The translations under genes were made by a program, and so were the position numbers. A stretch of DNA of 64,000 nucleotides, from positions 6,481,860 to 6,545,859 of the forward strand of contig CAJINV010000001.1 of the NCBI GenBank assembly GCA_905178155.1, read 5' to 3'. Shown here one piece after another: positions 1 through 13,439 of this stretch. The notes beneath the pieces were generated by a model. That model had not been told where the DNA came from. It searched no databases and saw nothing but the letters and a program-made list of their open reading frames with translations. The stretch is from Amoebophrya sp. A120 (taxonomy: Eukaryota; Protista; Dinoflagellata). The number at the start of each line of letters is the position of its first letter. Within the stretch, counting starts at the first letter, position 1.

Positions 1-1632
1 GAGTGCCAGCGCCGGTGTCTATGAAAGGCAAAAATCAGGACCAGCCAGGCAGTGCCGACTACAATGCAGCAGCTGCCGTACCGGTACCAATGAGCAAGAA
101 TTCAGTCGGGCTCGGCGGACCTGGGTCGGTGACCTCGCAGATCAAGGGTGCCGCCGCAATGCCTTCCTCTGGCGGCTTTCGCGGCGTCAGCACGAAGCCA
201 ACCAGTCAAGCGCCGACGAGCGGGAAAGGGACAAAGAGCTTGCGAAGCGGCAATAAAATGCCAAACTTGATCCCCGATGACGCCACAAATCTGCAGAATA
301 TGGGCTTCGACGAGGCCTCCAAGCACGATTCCTTCGACCAGAATTCGTATCTCAGCATGCAGGGAGCTTTTGCGAGGGCAGACTCGAAGCAAAGCAACAA
401 AGGAGGCAAAAACATGGCCACGAAAGCCGGCCCGTCGAGCACGAAGTCCAACGTTTCCAATCCCGCCTACACTACGCAGAAGCAGACGCGGTTCATGAGC
501 GACTCCAGTCTGGAATCAGCCCGACTAATCCCCGCAGGAGCCGTATCCCACGGAAAAACTGTCTCAGTCTCAACCTTTTGCAGACTCAGAAAGAACACGT
601 CTGTCATGCGTCATATAGCAAACAACAGGAACAGAATAGAAAACACATGTAACATCAAAGACTAAGACTCCCTTTCTTGCATGTCCAGGGGGACCACAAA
701 AAAAACTATCTCAATATCAATTAGGAAATGGCACAGCACATTCTGAGACTCGTGAGACAGCTTTGTCATCTTTCGATAAGTCGCCACTGGAGGGCTGAGC
801 AGTGGCGGTCCTGGGAGCGTTATCGGGGCTCCGATCATGTCCTCGTACGGCTATCTCGGTATGCCGGTCAACCGTAATTCCAGGGGGATGCCGACGCTCA
901 CGCCGGGAGGTGGCTATCCCGGGGGCATGATGACGTACAGCTACCAAGGACAGCGAAGGATTGGTGCCCGGGACGACGAGGTGCCGGAGCTGTGCTGTGA
1001 CTGCTGTGCCTTTTTCTGCGAAACCCGGGCAGATAGACGGGAGGTCCGCAGGCTACAGAGGCACGGAACGATGGAATCAGCTTACGTAAACCTCTCTCAG
1101 CTTTCATTTTTGTTTCCCTGTTCTTCTCGTTAGAATCTTATTAGGAAGTAGATTCTTGTTGCCTTTTCGAACTCGAGGTTTGGTTTCACTCACTTGAGAA
1201 GAAGTAGATTAAGGTGTGTGAAGATGCTCCAGACAAGTAGAAGTACGAGCTGAAACATAAATCATAATCATGTGATATTTTTTCTCAAACTCCTGCGACA
1301 AATCGAAATCACTATCACAGGCCGAGCCGACGAGCGAGCACACGGGTATGTGGCACTCGCAGTTTTTCAACGCACAGGCGGCGGATTTGAAGGAGTTGCG
1401 GCGGCTCGAGGAGTATGGTGTCATGATGTCACGCGTGTACGAGGGCGAGGACTATAACGAATTCAACCGGTACCACAATTCCTGCTACCGGTGCATCCTG
1501 GTGGCTCCCTGGCCAATGATCGTCCAGCTCATTTGTTGTTTCGTGGTCGCTATCGCGGTGCAGATAAGAATGGGACAGATGGGCAAACCAGACTACGGGT
1601 TTTGCGGTTGGGATTTTGCCGAATACAATTGA
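1..1632 (+). CDS. 5'-truncated hypothetical protein with a low-complexity G/S/A/K N-region and a C-terminal Cys-rich/hydrophobic (putative TM) segment; exons <1-543, 784-1085, 1321-1632
   Basis: ORFs 3..665, 837..1133 and 1348..1632 join in frame after removing the TAT..ATA element (544-783 with one repeat copy, 240 nt) and a phase-0 GT-AG intron 1086-1320. Hydrophobic stretch ILVAPWPMIVQLICCFVVAIAV near the C-terminus. Confidence 0.65.
544..778. mobile_element. Introner-type non-canonical intron (TAT..ATA) in gene 1
   Basis: Direct repeat AGCCG (539-543)/AGTCG (779-783). Inner inverted repeat ctgtctcagtctca vs tgagactcgtgagacag. Removing 240 nt keeps the frame and removes in-frame stops. 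Confidence 0.7.
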
Positions 1633-2994
1633 GTGGCTACTACTTCTTGCGCTCCATTGTCATGATCACTTTCGTCCGGAGCCTTCTGATAATTTGGCGA
1701 GTGAAGATTGATCTTCTTGTTGTAAAAAATGCGTCGCGTTTGACTTATTTCGGTGTAACGGTACAAAGCAAAAAATGTCGAGTACTTGCTCGTCATATTG
1801 TACAATCACGACATCAGTTTGAGACTGCCTAGGATTCATTATTTTCCAATAGATTTATAGCTGAGTGAGTTTTCCATTTGTGGTTTTTTTCTTACAGTAG
1901 AAGCAGATCCCCGCTGATCTTTTCATGCTTGTTGTTTTCGTTCATTACACATTTATTTCCATTTGCAACGCTGACTCAGGAGAAAGCGCACAGCTGTGCC
2001 TTTCAACGTGGTATTTATTCACTTTCTTACACCCACTTGTACTAGCTACGCGTTTATTTTTTCTCACAATTTTGCACATGTACTTGCACACGAGTTACTG
2101 ACGCTTGCATATCAGTTGTAGTGCCTAGAATTAGTGAACAAGTTACATTTCATCCGCAAGTCCACCAAGAGGTTGTGATTTCCGTTGACGAGGAATCCAT
2201 GAAAAGTACTTGGGACGAGAATGAGGAGTAGACTTGCCCCGGATTCAGCGCGCGGGTGGACCTGCTGAATCTTCTTAACTCTAATTTTATTGCGGGAGTG
2301 AAACTGAACGACGTCTACACACGACCACCAAACCTTCTGGTTGAGGAGTCAGTGTTCAGAAGGAGAGGCAGAGTTGCAGGCGGCCAGGTGTGGTGGTATT
2401 GGCTCATCTTGCGCCAAATTTCTGAGAGACTCAGGTGATGTTGTAGTGTAGGAGCGACGATGTACATGTAGTTCTAGTTGCGGAATAATGGCTTGGAAGA
2501 TGCGCCACCACCCTAGCGAAATTTTCACACAGACGAGGAGCGTGCGCGTTTTCGTGTTAGCTGTTGACTCTTGTCCTTCGATTGCCAATATAATTATGCA
2601 TGCGCCGCCGCCAATACAATGCATGCGGTCTCGACATTTCATCGCGAGCGCGACCAAGGCCGCAGCGGAAAACGAGGGCTTCGCTGAGGCATCACCACAC
2701 CCATCGGGTAGATAAGATACAGAGATAAAGACGTCACAAGGTCTTGGAGGCGGATTCCCCTGCGAACACGATGCCGCCACTTCCTGCGCCGGTGCTCGGC
2801 TTCATGGTTCAAGACCGATCGGACGCACTGGATATTCGGAAGCTTTGGTAAGTTCGCAAAACAATAAATACTTAGAACATAATAGAAAGGGCTTGTCGCT
2901 GTAGCTGCTTTGATTGAGTTCCTTTTGGCGTCGAGCAGCCATTTTGACTACAACGGATCATGGTGATCATGGTCACGCTCTAGATGTGATCTAC

Positions 2995-4554
2995 ATGAAG
3001 CCGCAAAAACAGCTTCACAAAAATGCAGCTTGGATCATACAAAATTACAGGCATGTGACCTTGATTCTTGGTCTTCTCGTACTTTTGTACGAGCTGTGGC
3101 TGAACACCTTCGCCGGGACGATCGCAAGAGGATGGCTCCTCGGTCTCACTGCCGCAGGGTTGGGAATCCTCGTGAACTACTTTACGCTGACGCGTTTGGT
3201 CCTGTTCAGCTTCGGCGAAAGGGTGGACCGTTCGATCGATTCCGTCGGCGATTTCATGTCTCCCGTGGTGTCTGACCAGGAGTACGAAAAGCGCTTATCG
3301 CTAGAGGATGAGCAGACGGCACTGAACTTCAGCGCTTCGGGTAGCGGGGGCGGTGGAGGATTCGGTGCGAGAGCTTCGACCCCACCGCTCAGCGGAGCAG
3401 GTCGCACGGGAACAACTACGGGATCGTCTGTAGCAGGAGCTACGATGACCGGAAACAAAACCTCACCGACGACGGAAAATACCGGCGTGTTTTCATCCGT
3501 CGGTGCTGCTGAGCCGCCCCAGCTGATTGGCGGGCAAGAGGACCAAGTGGGCGGTGAAACTAGCTTCATCGACTACAATAGCGGTACGGAACAGGAGTCC
3601 GACCACGCGTTGCGTGCCCGGCAGCAAAGGGCGAAGACCAGACGGAACTACCGGAAAACGAGGGACCCACGGCTGGTTCTGTTCCCCAAGCTGCCGACCG
3701 GCAGAGTGCCCCTGTACCCAGTGTGCGGCGAGAACCTGATCGGTATGTGTCCCTTCACTGGCGGCCGGATCACGCTGTACATCTACCGGGACTGCTGGCG
3801 CGTTTGGATGTGGTTGTCGGTGTTCTACGGATTCTGGACGTTTTTCCAAACGGTGAAAATAATTCCGCTCTTGTCCATCCACGGCGGGGGGAACGAGCGG
3901 GAAGACGCGATTCGAAACGCGCACTCCTACCACGAAGTGACGTTTTTCCTCGTCTTTCTGATTCTGTTTCACATCAACTTTTTCTGGTGCGCGTACTTCG
4001 TCATCTACAAACAGACAGCGTTGTTGCAAAGGGTGATAGAAAATGGCAGCTTGTACCAGGCGGAGGTGATCGCCTTACGCAATACGCCGAATTATCACAC
4101 GAGCTTGCTGTACGGTTTGCCCACCGGCGGGGAAAACACGCCGACATCGAGCACCCCGGGGGCGAGCAGGATACCCAGTCGCGAAAGACCGGCTGCTTTT
4201 TCGCAGCCAGTGCCTGCTTGGAATTATCCGTCAACAAACCCGCCGCCTTCTTCAACGAGCACCACGGACACCCGCATTGCCAATGCGGCACCTGGATTCG
4301 CGCTGCCGGGAAGCGATCTGAAGGAGCAGGAACAAAGCAACGGGCCGCAACATCAAGGCAGTGCTACGCAAATCGTCGGGATCCCGCTTGGTAACAACAA
4401 CACAAGTACCGGTGGCGCGCAGACCAACAACGTCACCAACGGGGGCCGCGTCGTCGGTGTCCCTGTCGGGAGGAGTCCAAACGATGAGCAAGCGCTTGTG
4501 CTGCCACCGAATCAACTAGGAACATTTGACGGAGGCCCACTACAGCAGAGGTAG
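2995..4554 (+). CDS. Hypothetical multi-pass membrane protein (about 4 TM segments) with low-complexity S/G/T loop and tail
   Basis: ORF 2914..4554, first ATG at 2995. Hydrophobic segments TLILGLLVLLYELWL, WLLGLTAAGLGILVNYF, VWMWLSVFYGFWTFF and VTFFLVFLILFHINFFWCAYFVI. No family recognised. Confidence 0.7.
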   Translation: MKPQKQLHKNAAWIIQNYRHVTLILGLLVLLYELWLNTFAGTIARGWLLGLTAAGLGILVNYFTLTRLVLFSFGERVDRSIDSVGDFMSPVVSDQEYEKRLSLEDEQTALNFSASGSGGGGGFGARASTPPLSGAGRTGTTTGSSVAGATMTGNKTSPTTENTGVFSSVGAAEPPQLIGGQEDQVGGETSFIDYNSGTEQESDHALRARQQRAKTRRNYRKTRDPRLVLFPKLPTGRVPLYPVCGENLIGMCPFTGGRITLYIYRDCWRVWMWLSVFYGFWTFFQTVKIIPLLSIHGGGNEREDAIRNAHSYHEVTFFLVFLILFHINFFWCAYFVIYKQTALLQRVIENGSLYQAEVIALRNTPNYHTSLLYGLPTGGENTPTSSTPGASRIPSRERPAAFSQPVPAWNYPSTNPPPSSTSTTDTRIANAAPGFALPGSDLKEQEQSNGPQHQGSATQIVGIPLGNNNTSTGGAQTNNVTNGGRVVGVPVGRSPNDEQALVLPPNQLGTFDGGPLQQR

Positions 4555-5089
4555 CGATGAAAGGTTGCTGCGAGGCGCAACTTAGTTCTTGCTCACGTGC
4601 TGAGAAAAAGTACATTTTCACGACGCACATCGAGGAACCGATACCAAACCCAATGAAACGGGGGTCTGCACTGCTTTTGTCCTTGAACGCAGCATCAGTC
4701 GGGCGGATGTTACAATCACGCAGTAGAAGGAGCGCGCAGCTGTTGTCTTATGATGAACACACAGCGACAGCCCATACTACCGCAGTTCGAATCAGGGTGT
4801 TTTTTTACTGGTTGTTCTTCTATTCAAACAAGTCATCACTTACTTTCCTTCGCCTTTCGGGACGAGGAACAGAAACCAAAGAGGCGACACAAGTGTCACC
4901 GTCCATGATAAAGAGCCTTGCTTGCACCTGTGACTTGTGCTTGCAGTTTTTCTATGGCATGATCGCCGGCTGCATCCACGATAGTGACAGATGTTAGGTA
5001 GTATCTAACAGATGTTACTAAGTAGTACCTACTAGCTTTCCCTTCTGCCACTTGAACGGGATGTTCTTGAACGCATCAACATACTAAGG

Positions 5090-6359
5090 ATGGCTTCGTC
5101 ATCGTCGTCATCCACTGCTCCCCCGCCGGCTGCGCCGGTGGTTGCAGATGCAAAGTCGATTGCCGCCGCGATGACCACCGGAGCCAAGGACTTTGACGAT
5201 GCGGGCAGCGTGCCGCTCGTGAAGGATTTTCACCGGGAGCAAATCTTGCTTGCCATGTGCAAAGCCGAGATCTTGCAGATGAAAGAGCTGCTGAAAGACG
5301 ATGACGAAAAGGGGCTTTCAACATCCTCTACTGCAGCGCTGGACAAACATGTGAAGCAGCTGGCCTTAGCGTGTGTGCGCACCAGAAAGTACGACGACGC
5401 CCGCATTCCGAAGTTGATGCGCGAGTTCACAGACTTGTTGCAGGAAATGAAACAGTGGAAAAAGGAGGACGTGATTGCGAGCATCAGCAAAAATCGCGTC
5501 AAGGAGGGATTTCGCTTGTTGCCCCGTCGCGACAAGCACGGGCGGGCGGTGATGAACACGCGGCTACGGTACCACGAACCGCGAGAAGTATCGACGCAGA
5601 CCACAATTCGAGCGCTAACGCTGATGCTCTACAACGCATTGCTGGGGGCGCCATTTGACGAAGACAAGCGAGAAGCCGAGGCGGAGAAAACGCAGCTAAA
5701 CGGAGTGTGTGTCTTCCACGACTTCCGAAATTTGACTTTGAGCAACGTCGACCCGGGGGTAGGGAGGGGATTGATTAAGCTGTTTTCTGGTATAGAACTT
5801 CTACGTTTGTGAAGAAATAACTTTTGCCACCTCGATCAGAGTCTGATGTTGAAAGGAAGTCATACATGAAGGAGCGCATAGAGTAGAGCTAGAGGGAGGG
5901 CTTTCCTGTAGTTGCATTAAATATGATTGATGTCATTTGGTCAATTTATCGTTTCCAGGCCGCTTTCCTCTCCGGCTCGGCGCAGTCTACATGCTGGAGC
6001 CGCCTTTCTTCATTCGTTACATTGTACTTCCGATGATGCGGCTGCTTCTGCCTAAGAAGTTGTCCTCTCGAATCACCACCGTGTCGAAGCTAGCTGACTT
6101 GAAGCAGTATTTCGACGAGGCAGAACTTCCGACAGAGTATGGCGGTGGCTGCGAAGATATGGATGTCGACAAGATGTGGAAAGGCTTCACGGATGTTTAC
6201 CACCCAGGCTACATCTACACCCCCTCACCGAGAAACACGAATGACGCAGTAGCTGGCGCCGGAAGCTTACCTGACTCGGCAGCTGCACCGGCAAAAGTGC
6301 AAAAAGGTGTGAGTGACTACTACAAGAAGGGAGTTGCTGTGGATGGCACACGAGTCTAG
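5090..6359 (+). CDS. CRAL-TRIO (Sec14/alpha-tocopherol-transfer-like) lipid-binding protein, ~366 aa; exons 5090-5789, 5959-6359
   Basis: Motifs RDKHGRAV, TQLNGVCVFHDFRN, spliced LFSG|RFPLRLGAVYMLEPPFF, and ELPTEYGG. GT-AG intron 5790-5958 (phase 1). Confidence 0.9.
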
Positions 6360-7122
6360 CCGTGCCGTTGAAGCTGATGAAGGAAACTTTGTTTGAACAA
6401 CTGCACTGCGCGCCAGAGGTCGTCTCTTTGTTTGGTTGTTGCTTCGCATGTGTTGCCTGCAACTGTGTTGCGACCAGGTAGAGCAGCAAGGCTGCTTTGA
6501 TTCTCGTCTTCGTGTTTTATTTTTGCATTTATTCGTTGACCACGAGTTCTGGCGTTTCTTTACTGTCTACGTGTTTGCTCAGCAAGAAAATTTGAATTGC
6601 TTGGATGCATTGTTAGCTAAGCGTTGAAGAACGAAGAAAAAAGAAATTGAAATTCAAGATCATAACACGGTAAAAAATCAAAAGTCGATGAAATGTAAAA
6701 CATAAATCAGATCCGCATCATAGAATCGGTACGAAGTTTTTTTGCCTGTCTCTGCTGCTTCGCAAAAATGAACAACAATGAACACGCGCAACTTCTTTCA
6801 AGAAAAAAAAAAAACAGTGCTAGAAGTGAACGGAAATGGCAGGTAGCACAAGATAAAGAAGTCTTTTATTTGAACGTAAGTGGCGACTTCGTAAAACAAA
6901 AACTGGTGCGACGGTTCTGTTTATTTCGGTTTTGGTTTTGAGAACGCAAGAAGACGAAGATTGAGACGATTTGACAATCACATTAAGTTGTTCTAGAAAG
7001 GCGACAGAGAGTTCTGCTAGCTTGTCTGTGGTTCTTTCGCAGACCTAAGTAGCAACTATGGGTCCTTCCTGAGGATCGCTCCGTCGTTCACGATAGCTCG
7101 CCTGTCGATTGAGCTAGCCACC

Positions 7123-10100
7123 ATGTCCCCTGGCGAAGAGAAGATCCTTGACCTGGAGGCCGGGTCGGATGCTGCCCTCAGCAGCAGCGAGAGCCACGAT
7201 CTGGCAGAGGGTAGTACCATCCTCGCGCGCGTCGAGCAGTCGCCCGGTGTGCAGCGGGGCGTCGGGCGCTTCCAGTTCGAAGCCCAGGGCGCGTTTGGAG
7301 CGCGGCCGTACAACCGAAGGAAACGGAAGGACCGAACTAATGGTGGGGGAGAACAAGGAGAACCCGAGCCCCATCTGTTATGGACGGGAGATGGAGGCGA
7401 TCTGGGCTACATCTCAGATGAATGTGAGGACGGAGGTGGTGGAACAAATAGCCTTGTATCAACACCAAATTGCCGGGCGCTCACCCCTGCGTCCACCTCT
7501 CGTGTGCGAACTCCGTCAACTCTGCCGCAGCCGGCGACGCACGTCATCAATGCGCGCGGACAGGCCTTCGAAGCTGGAGGGGGCGGCTCGTGTCAGCCTA
7601 GTCCGCGGAATAAAGAGCGACTGCCGACGCCGCACCTCACGGTGGAAGGCGAATGCGAGAAGATTGCCAACGTGCTTGCGCACCACTGTGCGCGTGACCG
7701 CCCTTTGGTGATGGATGTGTGGACAGAGGTGATGCTGCGCCTCGGGATCGAATCTTGTCACGAGTACTGCAAACACCGCGTGCGGGTTCTCTGCAAATTC
7801 AGGTACTATTGAAGGAACGTGATTCTCATTCTACTGATTCCGATTCGTTCCGTGATGTGGTCTTTTTCACCTCGACGACCATGATTTCATTTCTTGATAC
7901 TGTTGTGTGTACAATTTTGATTTCCTGAAGCGGAGTACCAGCACTTCTGTATCTGTTCAACAAACTCTTTCAGATTTCTCGTACCGGAAGAAGTTCCAAG
8001 CACCCAGGGTGGCCCCTATTGCTGTAAGCGGAAAGAAGAGGCCTTCCAGTTGAACGTAAACAAGATTCGTCTGGTGGACTGGCAAGAAGAGCTGGATCTT
8101 CTGCGGAGGCACTTTGCGCGCCAGATGCGTGCACGCTCGCACATTCGGTCCTCGGCGACGCATCAGCAATCTACAGGAGGTTCGCAGCGTGGCCTGCAAA
8201 CCGAGTCACCCAGCCTTGCTGTAGTCGTACCCGCCGCCGCGGTAGATAAAAATCATATGCACGACCCCCGGCCGAGGAGCAACAACAGCATTATCAAGGT
8301 CGCGACGACGCCTCTTCTGGACAAAGACATCAATACCGACGAGCAAAACACGACCGAAATAGCGGCGACGACGGGATCCTCGAGTGTGAATCGCATGCAT
8401 GACTCCTCGCTGGATTTCGCAGCCGCGTATCAAACGCAGCCGGGGGAAATCATGCGCCTCGGCGAGACGTTCGCTTTGCGGGCCCACGGGTCGCGCGTCG
8501 CCTGCTTCCGTGCTCGGTTCAATCCGTTTTACCGGACCATGGGCGACTCCGGGAAGGTACGGGTGGGCGGCTGCTGCTTCCTGTGGATCCTCGCCTGGTT
8601 TGCGTGGCAGTTGAGCGTGCTGCTGATCGGCGTCTTAGTTTTTTTCACGGGCATTTTCGCGGGTTCCGTCCCCATCCTAACTTTGGGTGATACAGATGAA
8701 GAGGGCTGCGAGTTCCAGCTCGACGAACTAGACGAAGACGTGGAGGTTGGCGAGTATGAACACGATGAGCCGGCGGAGGAGGATCCGCATTTGCGGGCTG
8801 CGGAGAAACTTTCCGTCGCAAAACGGAAGCTGCACAAGGGCAACAGAAGGCGTGAGCAAAGTACTTATCCTGCTCAGGAAGAAGAGCTGCAGGAAGTTTC
8901 CAGTGACAACCCGTGCAGCAGCAGCAGCAGCAGCAGCTTTGACGAGCGGGAGGCACTGAAGCGCTCATCGGGTGATTTTTTGCCTTCTTCGCGCTGTCGC
9001 AGAAGAAACAGCAACACTTCTTCGACCTTCAGCAGAAATAACCTCGTGTCAACATGCAGCAGACACTTCTCGTCGCGTGGGATGAACAAAAGTTCATCGT
9101 CGAAGAAGATGACCAGTAAGGACCACGAAACCTACGAAGAGATTCTCGAAGAACGACACTACTCCGCGACCACAAACACGGTCACCTCATCAACAAAGCG
9201 GATCAGAGTCGCGCTGAACGCACTGCCTGATTTGGAAAACCCCAACGCCCCGGCAGACTGCTCGGGAGACGAGCTGGACTACAGTACAGGTGGCAACTCG
9301 AAGATGCAGAAGCACCACTTGGACAAAAATGGGCAGCACGACAGCCCGTCTAGAAGTTGTATTGCGAAAGAGCACGACGAAAACAAGGTTACAAAACTTG
9401 GAAGACCGGTTCTCTACGGGCACGTGTACCAGATGCGGATTCGGGCGAACGTGCAAGACATTTTTCGCCAAGACCTGTTGCTCGTGATCTTCACATCCGC
9501 GGTACACAAGAGCGGCCCGGTCCGCTTTGGCGACGACATTCATGTGCTTTCCACGCCGGTGCAGGGCCTCTGCCGGTGCTGCGCCTCGGGCCCGCGGCGC
9601 ATTATGCTGCCGGACGAGGAGGAGTGCGCGATTGCGGGGGAGCAATACCGGTTGCGCCCCTCCTACGGAGTTACCTCGTACTATGGGGCGGGCGAGAAAA
9701 GCGACAACGTTGTTCTGTCACTCAAAAACTCGCCGCACGATATTGCGGCATTAAGTGCCGTGAAGCGGGGGGTGTCCTCTACGCCAGGCAGTGCTTACAA
9801 GGACCCAGTTTTGCTGACAGCGACACCGAGAAACATCAGTACTGCAACGAATAGTGCCAACAAAGCCGCGAATCCGCAGAGCGTGGATATTCTTCCGGGC
9901 AGCACGACATCTTCTGGTGCAGGTGCGATATCTACCACTACGACAAGCAACGGCGAAGTACATCCTGCGGCAGTTTCTGTCTCTGCTATGAAACCTTCAT
10001 CAACTTCGACGGTCGACGGCCAGACCGATGATCGACAACGGTTCACGTCCTGCTCTACCAGGCCGAGCGCCGACTGGCGCTCTTCGCCCCAAAGCTCGTC

Positions 10101-12426
10101 TTTCTCCGCCAGCGGGTACAAAAGGATCAACAGCTTCAACAACGACGCCTTGCGCGAAACACCGGATTTCGTGCCTGACAACAGCAGCATCGCAGCGAAC
10201 TCGGGTCGTGGAGTGCCCTTCTACTCCCAGTTGCCAGGCCAAGATATTAGCCATCGTGAAACGTCCGGCGAAAAGAACAAGATTACGAACAATCACGAAG
10301 AATCTACTTCCGTACAAAACCTACAAACCCGTCCACACACGAACTCCACCCGGTACACCAATCGCGAACTGGATCACCCCACGCACGACACCAGCGAAAC
10401 TGAGTCGGAGCAGCCGCTCCCGGAGCTCCCGCGTCTCGTCCCGCACCAGCGGCTCCTCCACGGTGATGCGTTCATGCCCTGGACTGCCGCGAAACGGCAG
10501 ATGCACCTAATCGACACCCGAACGTTTCTGGCCGCGGTCAATTCCGCGCACCATGTGAAGAGCATTTTCACGATTGAGCACGCCGATCTGGAGAAGCACG
10601 CTCTGATTCAGCTCGGACAAAACTCCAGCTTTCCCACCATGTCCACGTATGAAGCGGAGGACCGATTCAGCAATAGTCCCCCGTCGTTCCGGGCAGTCAC
10701 TGATACAGCAAATGTCGGCGCGGAAGAGAATAGTACGATGCGTGTTGAACAAGGCCCAAAAATGAACGCAGAGCCACTACCAGCAGCACTTGGGACGACG
10801 CCGGACCTTGTGTTGATCGCTGAAGTAGATGGTTTTACTTCCGGTGCGCCCTCTAACTGTGGTCCCGCAGGACCAAAGAACAACGTGTATGAGGATATCG
10901 ACTTTCTACACGAACACGAGGACAAAGCGCCAGCAAATAGTGGCGAAGGTGATCAAATTATTCCAGACTTGAACAACGTATCCGACAACTCTGTTCTTTC
11001 CGGCATTCTGGAGAGGAACGCCCGCAGCCTGTCGACGCCGACGGCGACGCACCTAAATCTCGCCCTGAATGGCAGCGGTCGAGATCTGTCACCTGTGTCT
11101 TCCCTCGGTTCTCCGCCTGAGAAGAACGGGACGAAGAACAACAAGTGCGTCAGACTTACCGAAGGGTCCCCGTCCTCACAGGTGGGCCATGTGAAGAAAA
11201 CTACCGGTTTGCAAGAGAACGATGCGGCTGGTGGAACGACAAAATCTTCGAAGTTCCTGAGAAAAAGCAACACCATGGCGACCCTTCTACCTTCCAGGAA
11301 TTGTGATCTCGCCGAGCAGCACACCCGGCTCGCCGACCCAAACGACGGCCGCTTATTGGCTATGAAGAACAAAAAGGACCCATCTGTCGTGCCGTTTCAG
11401 CTTCTGGCTTACAACATTTGGATGATGCCCTCACTGATCACTGACGTGGCGCCGAAATCGTGGAACTTGTCCCCCGTGAAGCCGGACCGGGCGATCCGCA
11501 TCCCCGAGGCGATTTTCAGCTGCAAAAAGCTCCAACGGCTCGACGTGATCGTGTTCTGCGAGGCCTTTTGCGAAGAGACCATGCCGCTGATCTCGAGCCG
11601 CCTGCGGGAACGGGGGTTTCTCTACGACACCATTCCGCCCGTGCTGGGCCGGAGGTTCATTAGTTCGGGGATTAAGGTCTATTCCCGCCACAGAATCGAG
11701 GAAACTGCCTCGGAAATCTACGACAAGTGCAGCGGCGACGAGCGGTTGGCCGCCAAGGGCTGCACCTACGTGATGGTCCGGAAAAACGGGCTGCGCATCC
11801 ACATTTTCGCGACGCATCTGCAAGCGTGGGACGGCGAGCAGGCGCAAAGAGACCGGCGGTCGCAATTGCGGCAGATTAGGAGTTTCGTTGCTAAGCGGAA
11901 CATTCCCCCGAATGAGCCCGTTATCCTCACCGGCGACTTCAACATCGAGGCCGACAGCCAGTCAGCCGAGTACCAAACCATGCTGCGAATCCTCTCCGCG
12001 GAAAACTACGACATCGAGCTGAAGGACCCGTCGGTTTTGGCGTCCAACCAGTGGTGCGAGTTCGGCTCCGTTTCGAGCTCCCCGGCCGAAAGTCTATTGC
12101 TGGACTACGTGTTCGTTGAAAACAACCACCTGCTGCCAAAGTCCGCAAAAGTTACGACCGAATACCTTCAAAGCTTCAAACCCTTCATCTACCGCGACCG
12201 CCACTTTAACGACCTCTCTGATCATTACCCCGTCTTCGGCGACTTCATATTCGAACGAAAAATGCTACGACCTGCCCCATTAGTAGTACCCAAAAATCTT
12301 CATCTTCAGGATACAAATAGCCCCCGGCATAATTCTCAATTTCGACGACCCAACGGAGATGACCAGACGCCGAAAGGAGCGACAGGTGCGAGTCCTTGTC
12401 TGAGTCCGACATCAACTGTTACGTAA
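7123..12426 (+). CDS. Large (~1710 aa) protein with one TM segment and a C-terminal EEP-family neutral sphingomyelinase-like phosphodiesterase domain; exons 7123-7802, 7974-12426
   Basis: EEP motifs YNIWM, DVIVFCEAF, SSGIKVYSRH, LAAKG, HIFATHLQA, VILTGDFNI, LLDYVF and LSDHYPV (about 11390-12260). TM at about 8575-8670. GT-AG intron 7803-7973 joins the two ORFs in frame. The stop overlaps a GTAAGT donor-like site, so the 3' end could extend. Confidence 0.85.
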
Positions 12427-13439
12427 GTAAGTAAAGGGTGCGCAGCTCATTTGTGTTGCTTGGCGCCCACGAAAAGAATTTTTTTTCGGCGATGCGACAC
12501 ACATGGACTTCGACATGCAGAATCAACGAGAGCAAAAAATGGAAAGTAGCCTTTTTAGCACCGCAGCATGTTCTTGAAAGATCACAGTGAATAGCTTGGA
12601 TTCTGTCGATGAAGCCGAGCAAACACATTCTTGCGATGTCTCCGTCCCATCCGCTTCGTGGTCGAACCATGGAAGACTTGGACTTGCGATTCATGATAAC
12701 GTGACTTCTGTTACGCCGGACTGTAAAATCGCCTCGTCTCGCTCTCGGCAACTCCACCTCCATGAATTTTTCAACGACGGAGAAGAACAACAAAAAGTGA
12801 CACGATTCAACATCAACAAAAGTGTTGGACGTATCTTCACGTAGCAACGTGAAGAACAAGTGTGGTCAGTGAGTGTTCCAAGTAGTGAGAGTGGTCGGAT
12901 CATATGGATTTTTGTGAGTTTTTGTGGATGGTTTTCTATCGGTTTCGGTCCAGAGTTCCAGTTGTAAGTCAGCCTGAGCAATAAAACGGAAAACGTGCGT
13001 GTCCGTCGTACTCCGATGGATCATCAGGAGAGATGTGAGCGTCGATCTCCACTGGAAGAGGTAGAGGATGAGTGCTTTCACAGCGATAAGGATCATTCTG
13101 TATTGGCTAACGCTAGGCAGGACGCTGCTGCATCTGCATTTCTATACGAAAGATCGCGCAAGTCTCCTAAAGTGACGAAGTACAGCCACAGCAGCTGTTA
13201 CATGTTGTACTTCTTAAAAAAGAAAAACCTGCAGATTGATCATCTTCCCTTCTGTGGCTTTTTCCCAGCGCTCCCGCTTTTTTTCATGAGCTAGCGCGCC
13301 CACTCTTTTCATATATTTTGATTTTCGATGTAAGGAGCACTCGCTACCTACTATGATCCATACGCATATCGTACCCGAGTTTGTGGTCTGACATTGTTTT
13401 GCACAGCCATTTCTCGGTCCTCCATTTCTTGATCCTTGT

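Noticed and set aside
561-760. Apparent GT-AG intron bounded by the inner inverted repeat
   Set aside because: Its 200-nt length shifts into a frame that terminates early. The TAT..ATA/TSD boundaries (240 nt removed) preserve the downstream exon frame.
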